A program made the translations under genes and the position numbers. The notes under the pieces are model-generated. The model did not search any database. It was not told the DNA's origin and saw only the letters and a list, made by a program, of their open reading frames with translations. A stretch of 64,000 nucleotides of DNA from Kangiella sp. HD9-110m-PIT-SAG07 (GTDB lineage Bacteria; Pseudomonadota; Gammaproteobacteria; Enterobacterales; Kangiellaceae), in the NCBI GenBank assembly GCA_003370465.1, contig QQTG01000031.1, forward strand, positions 52,551-116,550, in the 5' to 3' direction. Of this stretch, positions 21,151 through 32,057 are shown in pieces. Numbering within the stretch: position 1 is the stretch's first letter; every line of letters starts with the position of its first letter.

Positions 21151-21900
21151 CTAAAACAATTTAGCGCCCATATAAATCGCCATACCAACCATCATCAAGT
21201 TTTCAGTCAAGGAGATAAAACCTAACGGCACATTATTACCACCACCGACACAAGCACATTTCAACTCGCGCTTGTCGATATACACCGCTTTAAATACAGA
21301 CACAGCGCCGATAGTACCGATAAACAAAGCCACTGGCGCAGAAATCCAAGTCAATGCACCTGAAACCATCAACACACCAGCCAAGCCTTCGGCGAATGGA
21401 TAAACGTAGCCATAAGGCACCCAACGCTTAGCTAACAAATCATAGTTCAAGAACATGGTGGAGAACTTTTCGACATCCTGTAACTTGAGCATCGCCAACA
21501 ACACCATGGCGAAGCTCACAAACCACTCGGCTGTCTGGACGGTAAATGCATCACCAGAACTGGCAAAGCTCGCTGCTATCGCTGTTAACGCCGCCATCAC
21601 AAACAACACAATCACTGGGCGATACGTTTTCTTATCCGGATCTTTAACACTCTTACCAAGGTGCCTTCTTAAGTCCTCATAACCCCCAATACGCTCATCA
21701 TCAATAAACGTCTGTGGCGTAGTCTCTACCTCATGTTTCTCTTTAAAAGCATCAATTTCTTCACGGTTTTCAAGGAGATGATCTTCAACCTCAAAACCCT
21801 CACGCTGCAACAAATCCTTAGACTTTAAGCCAAAAGGACAAGTGTGTTTATCTGTCGACATGCGGTAAAGCTGCGCCGTCTTCTTATTGGTAGTGCTCAT
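21151..21900 (-). CDS. Glutaredoxin-MauE(DoxX-like) fusion membrane protein
   Basis: N-terminal CPFG...TTPQTFI...IGGY glutaredoxin fold; C-terminal TM helices with YPFAE and LKCACVGG. Confidence 0.85.
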   Translation of the reverse strand: MSTTNKKTAQLYRMSTDKHTCPFGLKSKDLLQREGFEVEDHLLENREEIDAFKEKHEVETTPQTFIDDERIGGYEDLRRHLGKSVKDPDKKTYRPVIVLFVMAALTAIAASFASSGDAFTVQTAEWFVSFAMVLLAMLKLQDVEKFSTMFLNYDLLAKRWVPYGYVYPFAEGLAGVLMVSGALTWISAPVALFIGTIGAVSVFKAVYIDKRELKCACVGGGNNVPLGFISLTENLMMVGMAIYMGAKLF

Positions 21901-21961
21901 ACAATCAATACTCCTTCATTCAAAAGAATTGTGCATATAACTTGATTCAAACAAGACACAC

Positions 21962-21993
21962 ACTATAAACTCTGTACCATGGTACGGAGTCAA
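21962..21993 (-). promoter_or_regulatory. MerR-type promoter/operator
   Basis: TTGACT-N20-TATAGT with dyad ACTCCGTACCATGGTACAGAGT. Confidence 0.9.
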
Positions 21994-22057
21994 GTATCTT
22001 TTATCAAACTCTTACTCTGTTATTTGTTTAAATTAAAGTAAAATTTAGGACTACATC

Positions 22058-22441
22058 ATGTTAACAATTGGCAAATTAGCCAAAGAAGTGAATATCGGCG
22101 TCGAAACCGTCCGCTATTACCAGCGCAAAGGCTTAATCAAGGTTCCCACCAAAACTGAAGGCTTTAGGAAATACAGCCAAGAAGACTTACGAGGACTCAA
22201 GTTCATCAGAGAAGCACAAAAAGCAGGGTTTACTCTTAGTGAAATTAAAGAGTTATTAGCGCTCGACAGTAGCCACGATCATGAAAGAGCCCAACAACTC
22301 GCCAGCGCCAGAATTAAAGAACTCGATGATAAAATAGAAGAAATGCAACAAGCTCGCGATCGCCTAGAAAACCTATTCCACCAATGTGAAACAGGCGAGA
22401 AACATAAACCCTGCGCGATTTTGAAGGCTTTTGAGGTTTGA
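22058..22441 (+). CDS. MerR family metal-responsive regulator
   Basis: TIGKLA...VETVRYYQRKGL, GFTLSEIKELL, C-X8-C loop. Confidence 0.93.
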   Translation: MLTIGKLAKEVNIGVETVRYYQRKGLIKVPTKTEGFRKYSQEDLRGLKFIREAQKAGFTLSEIKELLALDSSHDHERAQQLASARIKELDDKIEEMQQARDRLENLFHQCETGEKHKPCAILKAFEV

Positions 22442-22468
22442 ATTTAGCAAACCGTAAACCGCACTTAT

Positions 22469-22759
22469 TCAGGGGGTCTTCGTTGCATCAATTAGTTTTA
22501 ACAAATCCTTTTGAGATAAATTACTTGTCGAAGTACACCCTCTAGTGCACGAAATACGAAAACCACCTATAACTGGCGTAACTCTAGGCTCAACATCTTT
22601 GTCACACTCTAGACACTCTACAAGCAACTCTTCTATGTTGTACTTAGCGCTTACATTTGTGACGTAGCCTTTCCCAGCATTTTTAGAGGGGGCCACATTC
22701 GAATAGTAGTTTCCATGCGTAACTATAAACTTTTCTTCAAACTTAGAAATTGTCTCCAT
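22469..22759 (-). CDS. Orphan 96-aa protein with CxxC...CxxxC
   Basis: ATG with GAGGGA RBS; no family recognised. Confidence 0.6.
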   Translation of the reverse strand: METISKFEEKFIVTHGNYYSNVAPSKNAGKGYVTNVSAKYNIEELLVECLECDKDVEPRVTPVIGGFRISCTRGCTSTSNLSQKDLLKLIDATKTP

Positions 22760-22882
22760 AAGAGTCCCTCAGATTTAATAAAAGAAAAATCTATCCAAGC
22801 ATATATAGTCTTACGCGGGTACAGTAAAGTAAACGTACAGCTCCCATGGGCTGCCCCTGCGCCGTGAGGCACCATTTAAAAC

Positions 22883-23413
22883 CTACTCGAGATGGGTCAA
22901 GACCCACTCTACTGACTCTCTTACCGTTTCTTGACGAATATCAGCTCTTGAGCCATCAAGCTGTAGCAGCTTGCATTCTAATCCTTTGTCATCGGCGTAG
23001 CCAATCCAGACTGTGCCGACGGGTTTATCTGGTGTGCCGCCGTCGGGGCCTGCGATACCACTTACGGATATGGCGACTCGATTGTTACCGCCTGCTTTTT
23101 TATGTGCGGACGATTTCTTATAAGCACCGTCCGCCATCGCTTCGACTACTTGCTGCGAAACGGCACCATGTTGCTCGATAAGCTTTATCGGAACATCTAA
23201 CATTTCGTGCTTAGCTCCATTGGTATAAGTGACGAAACCGCGATCAAACCATTGTGAACTGCCGGGCAATTCGGTACAGGAAGCGGCAATTAGCCCACCC
23301 GTGCAGGATTCAGCTGTGACCAGCATTAAGTTCTTTTTAATTAATAGGTTAGAGAGTTCTTTTAATAAGCTTTCTAAGTCAGAAGAATCTACTTCTTTTT
23401 GTAAATCGGGCAA
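22883..23413 (-). CDS. pncC: NMN deamidase (CinA C-terminal domain)
   Basis: TAESCTGG, HGAVS, SGIAGPDGG...KPVGTVW. Confidence 0.92.
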   Translation of the reverse strand: MPDLQKEVDSSDLESLLKELSNLLIKKNLMLVTAESCTGGLIAASCTELPGSSQWFDRGFVTYTNGAKHEMLDVPIKLIEQHGAVSQQVVEAMADGAYKKSSAHKKAGGNNRVAISVSGIAGPDGGTPDKPVGTVWIGYADDKGLECKLLQLDGSRADIRQETVRESVEWVLTHLE

Positions 23414-23545
23414 TCTTCATCTACCTCTTTTGACTCAAATCCGTTAAGCTATGGGCTATAAATTTGTAGCCGACGCTAGCCAATATTAGAACTAAGAATA
23501 GGTGCTTACCGTCACTAACGCAACCTAAGAACGAATCACTCAAGC

Positions 23546-26152
23546 ATGTCTAAAGCTGAAATTATTAACGACGAAGCATTGCAGCACCACACTCCGATGA
23601 TGCGCCAATACTGGCGTTTAAAGCAGGATCATAAGGATTACCTACTGTTTTATCGCATGGGTGACTTTTATGAGTTGTTTTATGACGATGCAAAGCGTGC
23701 GGCTGAGTTACTGGACATTACGCTCACTAAGCGCGGTTCCTCTGCTGGCGAGCCAATTCCAATGGCAGGTGTACCTTTTCATGCGGTTGACTCTTACCTG
23801 GCTAGAATCGTTAAACTGGGCGAATCCGTCGCTATTTGCGAGCAAATCGGTGATCCTGCGACCAGCAAAGGCCCTGTCGAGCGTAAAGTGGTTCGAATCG
23901 TTACGCCGGGAACGCTGTATGACGAAAACCTGTTAGACGCCCTTTCAGAAAATATTCTGGCTGCCGTTTATAAAAAGCATCACCAGTATGGTCTCGCCTG
24001 CTTAGATATGGCGAGCGGTCGCTTCTGGCTTTCAGAGTTCGATAGTGAGTTAGCGATTCAGGCAGAGCTTCACCGCGTTAAGCCCGCCGAGCTATTACTC
24101 GCCGACAACCAGCAGGATTTAAGCCAATTCGTTAAAAGTTCGGTTCAATGGCAGCCTGACTGGGAGTTTGATTACGAACAGAATCTCGATAAATTACTCA
24201 ATCATTTTAAAGTTAAAAGTCTTTCTTCTTTTGGTTGTGAAGATTACCGCTTAGCGGTGTCGACTGCTGGTGTGGTTCTGGAATACGCCAAAAAGACTCA
24301 GCTTAATGCCCTGCCCCATATTCGTATGCTGCAGCGACTTTCCGATACGGATCATTTAGTACTCGACCCTGCGACACGCAAAAACCTAGAGCTCACTGAA
24401 AACATTCAAGGCCAGTCGCATAATACCCTGTTTGAAGTCATGAACAGCACACAAACGGTCATGGGCGGTCGTTTATTGAAACGCTGGTTGCACAGTCCGC
24501 TGAGCAAGAAAACCTCCGTTAAAGAACGTTTAGAAGCAGTTTCCGCACTAAAGAATGATTTAGTCTACAGCGATCTTCAGTCTCATCTTACAGAGATTGC
24601 CGATATCGAGCGTATTGTTACTCGATTAGCGCTTGGCAGCGCAAGCCCTCGTGATTTAAAACGTTTAGAGCAAGGCTTGCGTAAGTCTGACGAGATTAAA
24701 AGCTATTTATCATCCCACCAGGTTCAGTTGCCTCTGCTCGAATCGATTAAGCCATTACCAAGCGTTCAAGAATTGTTAGAGCGTGCCATTATCGAGCAAC
24801 CGCCAATGGTCATTCGCGATGGTGGTGTTATCGCTGAAGGCTATCATGCTGAACTTGATGAACTACGGAATCTCGCCAACGATGCCAGCGACTTTATGTT
24901 GCAACTTGAACAGCGCGAAAAAGAGCGCTCTGGGATCAATACGCTTAAAGTCGGCTACAACCGAGTTCATGGTTTTTATATTGAGATTTCGCGTGCTCAA
25001 AGCGACTTAGCGCCAGCCGAATATGTGCGTCGCCAGACGCTAAAAAATGCTGAGCGCTTTATTACGCCGGAGCTAAAAGAGTACGAAGAAAAGGTATTGA
25101 GCAGCAAAACCCGTGCTTTAACACTTGAAAAGCGACTGTACGATGAACTAGTACAACAGCTACAAGAACATGTCGCCGATATCCAGTCGACAGCAGCAGC
25201 TATCGCAGAGCTTGATGTCTTCGCTTGCTTCGCTGAACGCGCAGAAAACCTCAACTTATCACGGCCACAATTTAGCGATAATGCAGGAATCAGTATTACT
25301 GCCGGGCGCCATCCTGTGGTCGAGTATCACAGTAAAGAGCCTTTTATACCAAACGATTTAGAGCTTTCGCCAAATCGACGTTCATTGATTATTACTGGCC
25401 CGAACATGGGCGGTAAATCGACCTATATGCGCCAGGCTGCGTTGATCACTTTGTTGGCATACACCGGCTCTTATGTTCCAGCAGAAAACGCCACCATCGG
25501 CCCTATTGATCGGATCTTTACTCGAATCGGTGCATCCGATGATTTGGCCAGCGGTCGTTCAACCTTTATGGTCGAAATGTCCGAAACGGCTAATATCCTT
25601 AACAATGCCACTGCTAACAGCCTCGTATTGCTCGACGAAATTGGTCGTGGCACCAGCACCTTCGATGGTCTTGCCCTCGCCTCGGCAACCATGCGCTATA
25701 TCCATGAAAAGCTTAATTCTTTGACGTTGTTCGCGACTCACTACTTCGAGCTAACGCAACAAATCCAAGAATGGCAAGACTGCGCTAACGTCCACTTTGG
25801 CGCCAGCGAGTACGAGTCTGAACAGACTGGCTCAACAAAGCTGGTGTTCTCGCACCAGGTCGCCGAAGGGCCAGCGAACCAAAGTTATGGTATTCAAGTG
25901 GCGCAACTAGCGGGCTTACCTAAAGCCGTTATTCAGAATGCCAAAGCCTTGTTGAGTTATTTTGAGCAAAACGGCACACATGAAGATCAAGCCGATGAAG
26001 TCATGCCACAACTGGATTTGTTAGAAGAAACAGTCAACGATACACCAGCATCAAATGAAGCATTGGAGCTGTTAGAAAGCATCGCCCCGGACGATTTATC
26101 GCCCCGCGAAGCGCTGGAACTATTGTATAAGTTAAAAGAATCGCTAAAATAA
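23546..26152 (+). CDS. mutS: DNA mismatch repair protein
   Basis: [37 protein letters not shown]. Confidence 0.98.
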   Translation: MSKAEIINDEALQHHTPMMRQYWRLKQDHKDYLLFYRMGDFYELFYDDAKRAAELLDITLTKRGSSAGEPIPMAGVPFHAVDSYLARIVKLGESVAICEQIGDPATSKGPVERKVVRIVTPGTLYDENLLDALSENILAAVYKKHHQYGLACLDMASGRFWLSEFDSELAIQAELHRVKPAELLLADNQQDLSQFVKSSVQWQPDWEFDYEQNLDKLLNHFKVKSLSSFGCEDYRLAVSTAGVVLEYAKKTQLNALPHIRMLQRLSDTDHLVLDPATRKNLELTENIQGQSHNTLFEVMNSTQTVMGGRLLKRWLHSPLSKKTSVKERLEAVSALKNDLVYSDLQSHLTEIADIERIVTRLALGSASPRDLKRLEQGLRKSDEIKSYLSSHQVQLPLLESIKPLPSVQELLERAIIEQPPMVIRDGGVIAEGYHAELDELRNLANDASDFMLQLEQREKERSGINTLKVGYNRVHGFYIEISRAQSDLAPAEYVRRQTLKNAERFITPELKEYEEKVLSSKTRALTLEKRLYDELVQQLQEHVADIQSTAAAIAELDVFACFAERAENLNLSRPQFSDNAGISITAGRHPVVEYHSKEPFIPNDLELSPNRRSLIITGPNMGGKSTYMRQAALITLLAYTGSYVPAENATIGPIDRIFTRIGASDDLASGRSTFMVEMSETANILNNATANSLVLLDEIGRGTSTFDGLALASATMRYIHEKLNSLTLFATHYFELTQQIQEWQDCANVHFGASEYESEQTGSTKLVFSHQVAEGPANQSYGIQVAQLAGLPKAVIQNAKALLSYFEQNGTHEDQADEVMPQLDLLEETVNDTPASNEALELLESIAPDDLSPREALELLYKLKESLK

Positions 26153-26212
26153 CGCTGCTACTGGCGATTGTTTGATCGTGACCAGAAAAAAATTGCAATT
26201 TAGGAGACATTC

Positions 26213-26536
26213 ATGGCGTTCGTAGTTACTGAAAACTGCATCAAATGTAAATACACTGACTGCGTTGAAGTTTGTCCTGTGGACTGCTTTTACGAAGGGC
26301 CCAACTTTCTGGTGATTAACCCTGACGAGTGTATTGATTGCGCATTATGCGAACCAGAATGCCCCGCCGAAGCCATCTTCGAGGAAGATGAAATTCCAGA
26401 AGGTATGGAGCACTTTATCGAGCTTAACGAAGAGCTTTCTGAAGAGTGGCCGAATATTACCGAACAGAAAGATCCCCTACCGGACGCCGCTGAGTGGGAT
26501 GGTAAAGAAGGAAAGTTTGAGTTATTAGAAAAGTAA
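26213..26536 (+). CDS. fdxA: 7Fe ferredoxin
   Basis: [17 protein letters not shown]...[12 protein letters not shown]. Confidence 0.95.
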   Translation: MAFVVTENCIKCKYTDCVEVCPVDCFYEGPNFLVINPDECIDCALCEPECPAEAIFEEDEIPEGMEHFIELNEELSEEWPNITEQKDPLPDAAEWDGKEGKFELLEK

Positions 26537-26545
26537 GCAGATTTT

Positions 26546-26575
26546 GTCATCCCGCGGTTTAACCGCGGGATCCAG
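26546..26575. repeat. REP-like palindrome, second copy
   Basis: GTCATCCCGCGGTTTAACCGCGGGATCCAG. Confidence 0.85.
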
Positions 26576-26594
26576 CGCCTATCCTCAGCACAGT

Positions 26595-29510
26595 CTAAAG
26601 CTCTACATTTCCGACCGTATACTCTTGATCTTCCTTGTCTAACCTTAGTGAAATAGTTTTTTTCTGCTCTTGTTCTGTGCCATATTTCGTATAGATATCG
26701 ATATATAGCGTTACTTTTCCCGATAGCTCAGGTGAATTATTTCCAAAATAATGCACCATTATCTTATAGGTACCTTTTTGTGCATTTCTTATTAGGTACT
26801 CTTCTGGACCATAACCAGATGTATAATCTTCATGAAATAAACCTCCAAGCTGGGATAAATCGTTGCCATAATCAACCTGCTCGCCACTGGGCTCTACAAC
26901 CCAAAGATCGATATCGGTAAGATCCGTGTCCCAACTAGACACAACTCGAATATCCACAGGAAGCTTACTTATAAACCTTTTATCAATAAAGTTTAAGTTT
27001 AAATCTTCAACATCAGTACCCGAAATAATTTTGTTAAGCTCCATAAGGCTAGTCACCTGGATGCCTTCAAACCTATCCCAAGGACGAATAACAACCTCAT
27101 AAAGGTATTCAATAGCCTGCTGTAAGTCCTCATTATTATTAGTTAGTTTACTCCTTTCCACTAAGGCTAGAGCTAAGTCTCTATAAGACTGAGGTTCTTC
27201 TGGTCTAAGCAAGAGTACTTTTTGATAGGTTTCTATCGCCAGCTCAATATAACCAAATTGTTTCAAGCGCATTGCCATTGTTCTTAACATGCGGCTATCT
27301 TGGAGCTTTAATTCGCTTATATTCGATAACACCTGTAACCCCTGTTCATCGTTATCCCTGCTGAAAAGCCAAGCAGCAACATCGAAGTAAAATGCAGGAG
27401 AATTAGCATTTTTAGATTTAAGCTTATAGTACTCCTCTAAAATACCCTCTTTAGGTGCTTTCTCTAAAGCTTGAAGATAATCAGCATTAGGCTGCCATTC
27501 AGGGATGGTAATACTGCTTTTATTAAGACTAAAGTCAGGGCTAAAATCAGAAGATATCCTACTGCCTGTAACTACAATTCTTTCACCCTCAACATCATCA
27601 GAAGTTTCAGCTGGGCTAGGCCTAGAAACACTCTCAGACTGTATCTCGGTCTTTTTGTCCGCTTTTATTTTTCGCAAAGGATATTGAGTATTCCACCATA
27701 ATTTACGATCACTCCACAACTTGACGATTTTTTCTAAGTGCCGTTCTGAAGAGAGCGATTCTGATTGCCTTTTCTTTATTTCCGACAGGTAACTTCTCCG
27801 CATTTCTGGCAATGTTGCTGGAGGAGTTATTTCATGCTCTAAATACTGTTCAAGGTTTTCAAGAACGATTAGCGAGGTAAGATCAGTCACTAAACTAAAG
27901 GACTGACTTAGCTCTATAATCTTAGCTTTATTGTTAGTCTTATCTATGAGTAATTGATCGATTTTATGTTGAGCCCAAATTTTTTGTGCAACATCTCCGC
28001 TTCTGGTATCCGACTTTGAAACTGTAATGATTTTTCTATCGGCTAATTTATTATTTCGTTCGAATAAGAGTTCTAGAGTTGCTTGGTTAGATTTAAGGAT
28101 ACCGGTAACTTCAACTAGGTTATTAGAAGAACTATAGTTTCTTGAAAGTTCAGAAACCTTTCCATCCAACACATTTATCTTAGCAAAAATTGTTTTCTCA
28201 CTACCAATCGAGCCTAGGATTTTACCTATACCCTCTTCATTCTCAAGGTGGAAGTATTCTCCACCATTAAGTTCTGCTATTTTTTGGCTATATATCTCAT
28301 CACTGACTTGGCCGCTAGTGATAATGTAGGTGGGGTTCTCAAGATTCGGAATTTTTCGTTCTCCAAAAGTATGTTGGCTATCACTAAATATAAAGGTTGC
28401 GGTTTTACCAAGGCGTGGTATCGCGCTATTAGTTCTTGATATTCTCGATAAATTAGTTCCACCATCATATTGAACAGCACTTAAAGTATGAATTAAATCA
28501 TGGGTAACGTCACCTATAGCAAACTCTCTGTAAAACTCTAGATCGTTTCTCAGCAAATAGAGATTTACTTTCTCAACGCTTAACTTCTTAAGGATAGCTT
28601 TTAAAAGTTTAAGCTCTAAGGAGTGATCGGCTAGCCTCCTAGAGTGGGAAGCATCCCAAACTAAGTCAATTTCAGATAACTTGAGTTGGCTAGGACTTTT
28701 AGGGACTTTTAATTCATTTAAATAAGCAAAGTAACTTTTACTAGCCTGAGGCGATGACACTAAGCTAGATTTTGCACTTAAGTAAGGTACTTTCAACCAT
28801 AAATTTTCTTTTATTTGAAGGTTTTCAGCAGCAAATTTTGCTTTATAGCCACTTGACCATTCTCTAAAGCTGTTATCAGGTAGGTGACTACTCAACATTA
28901 TAGGTTTTTGTGACGTATCTGACACATCAATTTCAAGACTAAACGTTGAAATATTCACTCCATGGATAAAAGGCAAGCTATAATAATTGCTACTCCCATC
29001 TCGCGAGAGTCTAGTGAAATATCTTAGTTTGACTGTTCTTGCTGAATTTGGATTAACCGGAAAAACTCTAGTTCTAAAAATATTCCCAGAAACTTTCTCG
29101 ACTAAGCCTGGGTCTATGTTTTCCCTAACAATTTTCTCATAAGTTACTCGACCTTTATCCTTATCAACAATGACACCATCAACCATAACTCCATTGACAT
29201 CAAGTGAGTAGCCGTCAACGGTGGAGTTTCTTGGTAGTGGAAATAAAAAGTCAACCGCAGCAGCAGCTTCGTTAGGATTTCTGAAAGACAATTCCAGTTC
29301 CGTTCTAGCAACACCATTATAAATTTCAGCATTAATACTCAAAGAGTCAACAAGAATGTTTTTCTTTAGATCAGTGGAAGAGACAAGCCTTAAAGACTCT
29401 TCACTCTTTGGAGTAGCAGCAGCTATTTCATCAGCAGCAAATGTGTTAAGAGAAAAGGCTAGGAAACAAAAGAAGCAGTAAACTTTCAACGACATTGTTA
29501 TATTATTCAT
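26595..29510 (-). CDS. Secreted VIT-domain / vWA-like / TPR / DUF2135(YfaP-like) protein
   Basis: Signal peptide; FRNPN...FPLP...FRTRVFP (VIT); WDASHS; RPEEPQSYRDLA; TDIDLWVVEPSGE...GYGPEEY. Confidence 0.8.
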   Translation of the reverse strand: MNNITMSLKVYCFFCFLAFSLNTFAADEIAAATPKSEESLRLVSSTDLKKNILVDSLSINAEIYNGVARTELELSFRNPNEAAAAVDFLFPLPRNSTVDGYSLDVNGVMVDGVIVDKDKGRVTYEKIVRENIDPGLVEKVSGNIFRTRVFPVNPNSARTVKLRYFTRLSRDGSSNYYSLPFIHGVNISTFSLEIDVSDTSQKPIMLSSHLPDNSFREWSSGYKAKFAAENLQIKENLWLKVPYLSAKSSLVSSPQASKSYFAYLNELKVPKSPSQLKLSEIDLVWDASHSRRLADHSLELKLLKAILKKLSVEKVNLYLLRNDLEFYREFAIGDVTHDLIHTLSAVQYDGGTNLSRISRTNSAIPRLGKTATFIFSDSQHTFGERKIPNLENPTYIITSGQVSDEIYSQKIAELNGGEYFHLENEEGIGKILGSIGSEKTIFAKINVLDGKVSELSRNYSSSNNLVEVTGILKSNQATLELLFERNNKLADRKIITVSKSDTRSGDVAQKIWAQHKIDQLLIDKTNNKAKIIELSQSFSLVTDLTSLIVLENLEQYLEHEITPPATLPEMRRSYLSEIKKRQSESLSSERHLEKIVKLWSDRKLWWNTQYPLRKIKADKKTEIQSESVSRPSPAETSDDVEGERIVVTGSRISSDFSPDFSLNKSSITIPEWQPNADYLQALEKAPKEGILEEYYKLKSKNANSPAFYFDVAAWLFSRDNDEQGLQVLSNISELKLQDSRMLRTMAMRLKQFGYIELAIETYQKVLLLRPEEPQSYRDLALALVERSKLTNNNEDLQQAIEYLYEVVIRPWDRFEGIQVTSLMELNKIISGTDVEDLNLNFIDKRFISKLPVDIRVVSSWDTDLTDIDLWVVEPSGEQVDYGNDLSQLGGLFHEDYTSGYGPEEYLIRNAQKGTYKIMVHYFGNNSPELSGKVTLYIDIYTKYGTEQEQKKTISLRLDKEDQEYTVGNVEL

Positions 29511-29618
29511 AATTATCCATTTATAGAGTTGTTATTGTACTAACGCTAATTTTAAGCTAAAGGATTACTTTATTAAGCTATTCCTAGCTTAATGTGAGAT
29601 TTATAAAAGTAAATGCTT

Positions 29619-30857
29619 TTAAGGCCCCACTGCACAATCAGCTTTTGGAATCAATAAGGATAAAAGTGCTGCTGCTATAACAAACACCGTAGAAATCACT
29701 AAACACATAGCAAGACCGTAGGCCTGATACACCCAGCCTGACAAGACTGTGCCAATCAAACGTCCCATGGCGTTGGCCATATAATAAAAGCCTACATCAA
29801 GCGAAACACCATCATCGGAGGCCATTTGTACGATTAAGAAGCTGTGCAAGGACGAGTTGATGGCGAATATCACTCCAAACATGAGTAAGCCGGCTAATAA
29901 AGCAATTTGCGGTGATACATTAAAATATAACGCTGATGCGATTAATGCAGGGATTACAGCAAGAAGAAGTGCCCATGAAAAAGCAGTCGTGCCTGTTGGA
30001 GCTTGGCCTGTTTTTCTACCTGTAATTTTAGGAGCCAATGTTTGGACAACGCCATAGCCGATGACCCATAAGGCAAGAAATGCACCGACAAAGGTATGCG
30101 GCCAGTTGAATTGACTCGATAAATACACGGGTAAAGCAACGACGAACCAAACGTCACGAGCACCGAACAAAAACATTCGTGCTGCCGATAAATAGTTAAT
30201 CGCCGCGCTCTTTGAGAATATTTGCGAAAACTTTGGTTTGGCTTTGCTGCGTCCTAAGTCCTGTTTAAGCTTTAGTAGGCTGAATATCCATACAGCGACT
30301 AACATTATCGCCATAAATAGTATGGCTCCCTGAAAACCCAGCAACGCTAATAACAAACCGCCCATAAAGAACCCAACACCTTTCAAGGTGTTTTTGGAGC
30401 CCGTCAATAGCGCGACCCATCGATAAAGCTTGCTGTCTTCTCCTTTTGAGACTAAGCCCTTAATCGCACTTTTTGCACTCATTTTGTTGAGGTCTTTAGC
30501 GATTCCCGATACCGCCTGCGCGCTCATTACTAGCGGCACGGTTAACAATGCCGCGGGCACTAACAACAGCCCTAGCGCTAAAATTTGCAAAAAGAGACCA
30601 ATATTCATGGTTTTATTGAGGCCTAAGCGAGCACCTAACCAGCCACCAACTAAATTGGTCACTACCCCAAAGAACTCATAGAACAAAAACAACATGGCGA
30701 TTTGCAGAGGACTGTAACCCAGCTGGTGGAAGTGCAAAACCACCAACATTCTTAAGGCGCCATCCGTTAGCGTGAATGCCCAATAGTTAGCCGTTACAAC
30801 CATATACTGACGGACTTCTGGGGACAAATTACGCAATAGCCCCTGTAAAACAGTCAT
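29619..30857 (-). CDS. arsJ: Organoarsenical efflux MFS transporter
   Basis: NYWAFTLTDGALRMLV, IAKDLNKMSAKS, VGFYYMANAMGRL; follows the gapdh. Confidence 0.95.
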   Translation of the reverse strand: MTVLQGLLRNLSPEVRQYMVVTANYWAFTLTDGALRMLVVLHFHQLGYSPLQIAMLFLFYEFFGVVTNLVGGWLGARLGLNKTMNIGLFLQILALGLLLVPAALLTVPLVMSAQAVSGIAKDLNKMSAKSAIKGLVSKGEDSKLYRWVALLTGSKNTLKGVGFFMGGLLLALLGFQGAILFMAIMLVAVWIFSLLKLKQDLGRSKAKPKFSQIFSKSAAINYLSAARMFLFGARDVWFVVALPVYLSSQFNWPHTFVGAFLALWVIGYGVVQTLAPKITGRKTGQAPTGTTAFSWALLLAVIPALIASALYFNVSPQIALLAGLLMFGVIFAINSSLHSFLIVQMASDDGVSLDVGFYYMANAMGRLIGTVLSGWVYQAYGLAMCLVISTVFVIAAALLSLLIPKADCAVGP

Positions 30858-30866
30858 GATATATCT

Positions 30867-30966
30867 CTCACAACAAGTCCCTCACAACAAGTCCCTCACA
30901 ACAAGTCCCTCACAACAAGTCCCTCACAACAAGTCCCTCACAAAAAAGTCCCTCATAGCAAAGCCC
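30867..30966. repeat. 14-bp tandem repeat CTCACAACAAGTCC, 5 perfect plus 2 degenerate copies
   Basis: Perfect copies start at 30867, 30881, 30895, 30909 and 30923. Confidence 0.97.
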
Positions 30967-31001
30967 ACATAACTGCTCTCTCTTAGATAAGCCCATCTAA
31001 T

Positions 31002-32024
31002 TTAGTCTATACCTTGATCAATAACCATTTGCACCAGCTCAGCAGTACGATTGGCATAACCCCATTCGTTGTCGTACCACAAATACAGCTTAACTTGGGT
31101 ATCATTAACCACCATGGTTGATAAAGCATCGACAATAGTAGATCTCGGATCGGTTTTGTAATCAATCGATACCAGTGGGCGCTCTTCGTAGCCGAGAATA
31201 TCTTTTAGCTCGCCTTCCGAAGCTGCTTTAAATAAAGCGTTAACCTCTTCAACCGTCGTTTCTTTCTCGACCTCAAACACACAGTCAGTAATCGAAGCAT
31301 TGGCCAAAGGCACACGAACCGCATGACCATTTAACTTCCCTTTTAGCTCAGGGAAAATATTGGTAATCGCTGTCGCCGATCCCGTCGTGGTCGGAATTAA
31401 ACTCATCCCACACGCTCTAGCACGACGCAGATCTTTATGCGCAGAGTCGAGAATTGTCTGTGTATTAGTGATGTCATGAATCGTCGTCATGCTGCCGTGC
31501 TTAATGCCAAGGTTCTCATGAATCACTTTAACCGCAGGCGCTAAGCAATTAGTGGTGCAAGATGCAGCTGTCACTATTGGATATTTATCTTTGTCGTATA
31601 GATCATGGTTAACGCCCATGACCACATTCAGTACACCCTCTTCTTTAACCGGCGCTGTAACCACAACTTTTTTGACACCTTGTTCAAGGTAAGCCTTCAG
31701 GGTTTCTTGAGACTTGAACTTGCCCGATGCTTCAATCACTAAGTCACAACAAGACCAGTCTGTGTCGTCTATTGAGCGACTCCGACTAAAAGAAACCTGA
31801 TGCTCACCAATGATGATCTCGTCGTCGCGCCCTTCTGCCTCAAACTTCCAACGACCATGAACGGAGTCGAAGTTCAGCAAATGCGCAAATGTTTTAGCAT
31901 CACCGGCTGGATCGTTAATATGACAAATACTGATATTATCGTTTCCATGAGCCGCTTCGAATAAGGCGCGCATCGTTAAACGGCCCATGCGGCCGAAACC
32001 ATTAATACCAACTTTAATAGGCAT
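31002..32024 (-). CDS. ArsJ-associated glyceraldehyde-3-phosphate dehydrogenase
   Basis: [28 protein letters not shown]; between arsR and arsJ. Confidence 0.95.
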   Translation of the reverse strand: MPIKVGINGFGRMGRLTMRALFEAAHGNDNISICHINDPAGDAKTFAHLLNFDSVHGRWKFEAEGRDDEIIIGEHQVSFSRSRSIDDTDWSCCDLVIEASGKFKSQETLKAYLEQGVKKVVVTAPVKEEGVLNVVMGVNHDLYDKDKYPIVTAASCTTNCLAPAVKVIHENLGIKHGSMTTIHDITNTQTILDSAHKDLRRARACGMSLIPTTTGSATAITNIFPELKGKLNGHAVRVPLANASITDCVFEVEKETTVEEVNALFKAASEGELKDILGYEERPLVSIDYKTDPRSTIVDALSTMVVNDTQVKLYLWYDNEWGYANRTAELVQMVIDQGID

Positions 32025-32057
32025 TATTCATCTCCAATTAAAAAAGTTTTAACATGA

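Noticed and set aside
26213-26536. fdxA as the dedicated electron donor for AlkB
   Set aside because: mutS-fdxA adjacency is common synteny and AlkB normally uses rubredoxin
30867-30966. Possible CRISPR array
   Set aside because: 14-bp units are directly adjacent with no spacers and there are no cas genes; it is a VNTR
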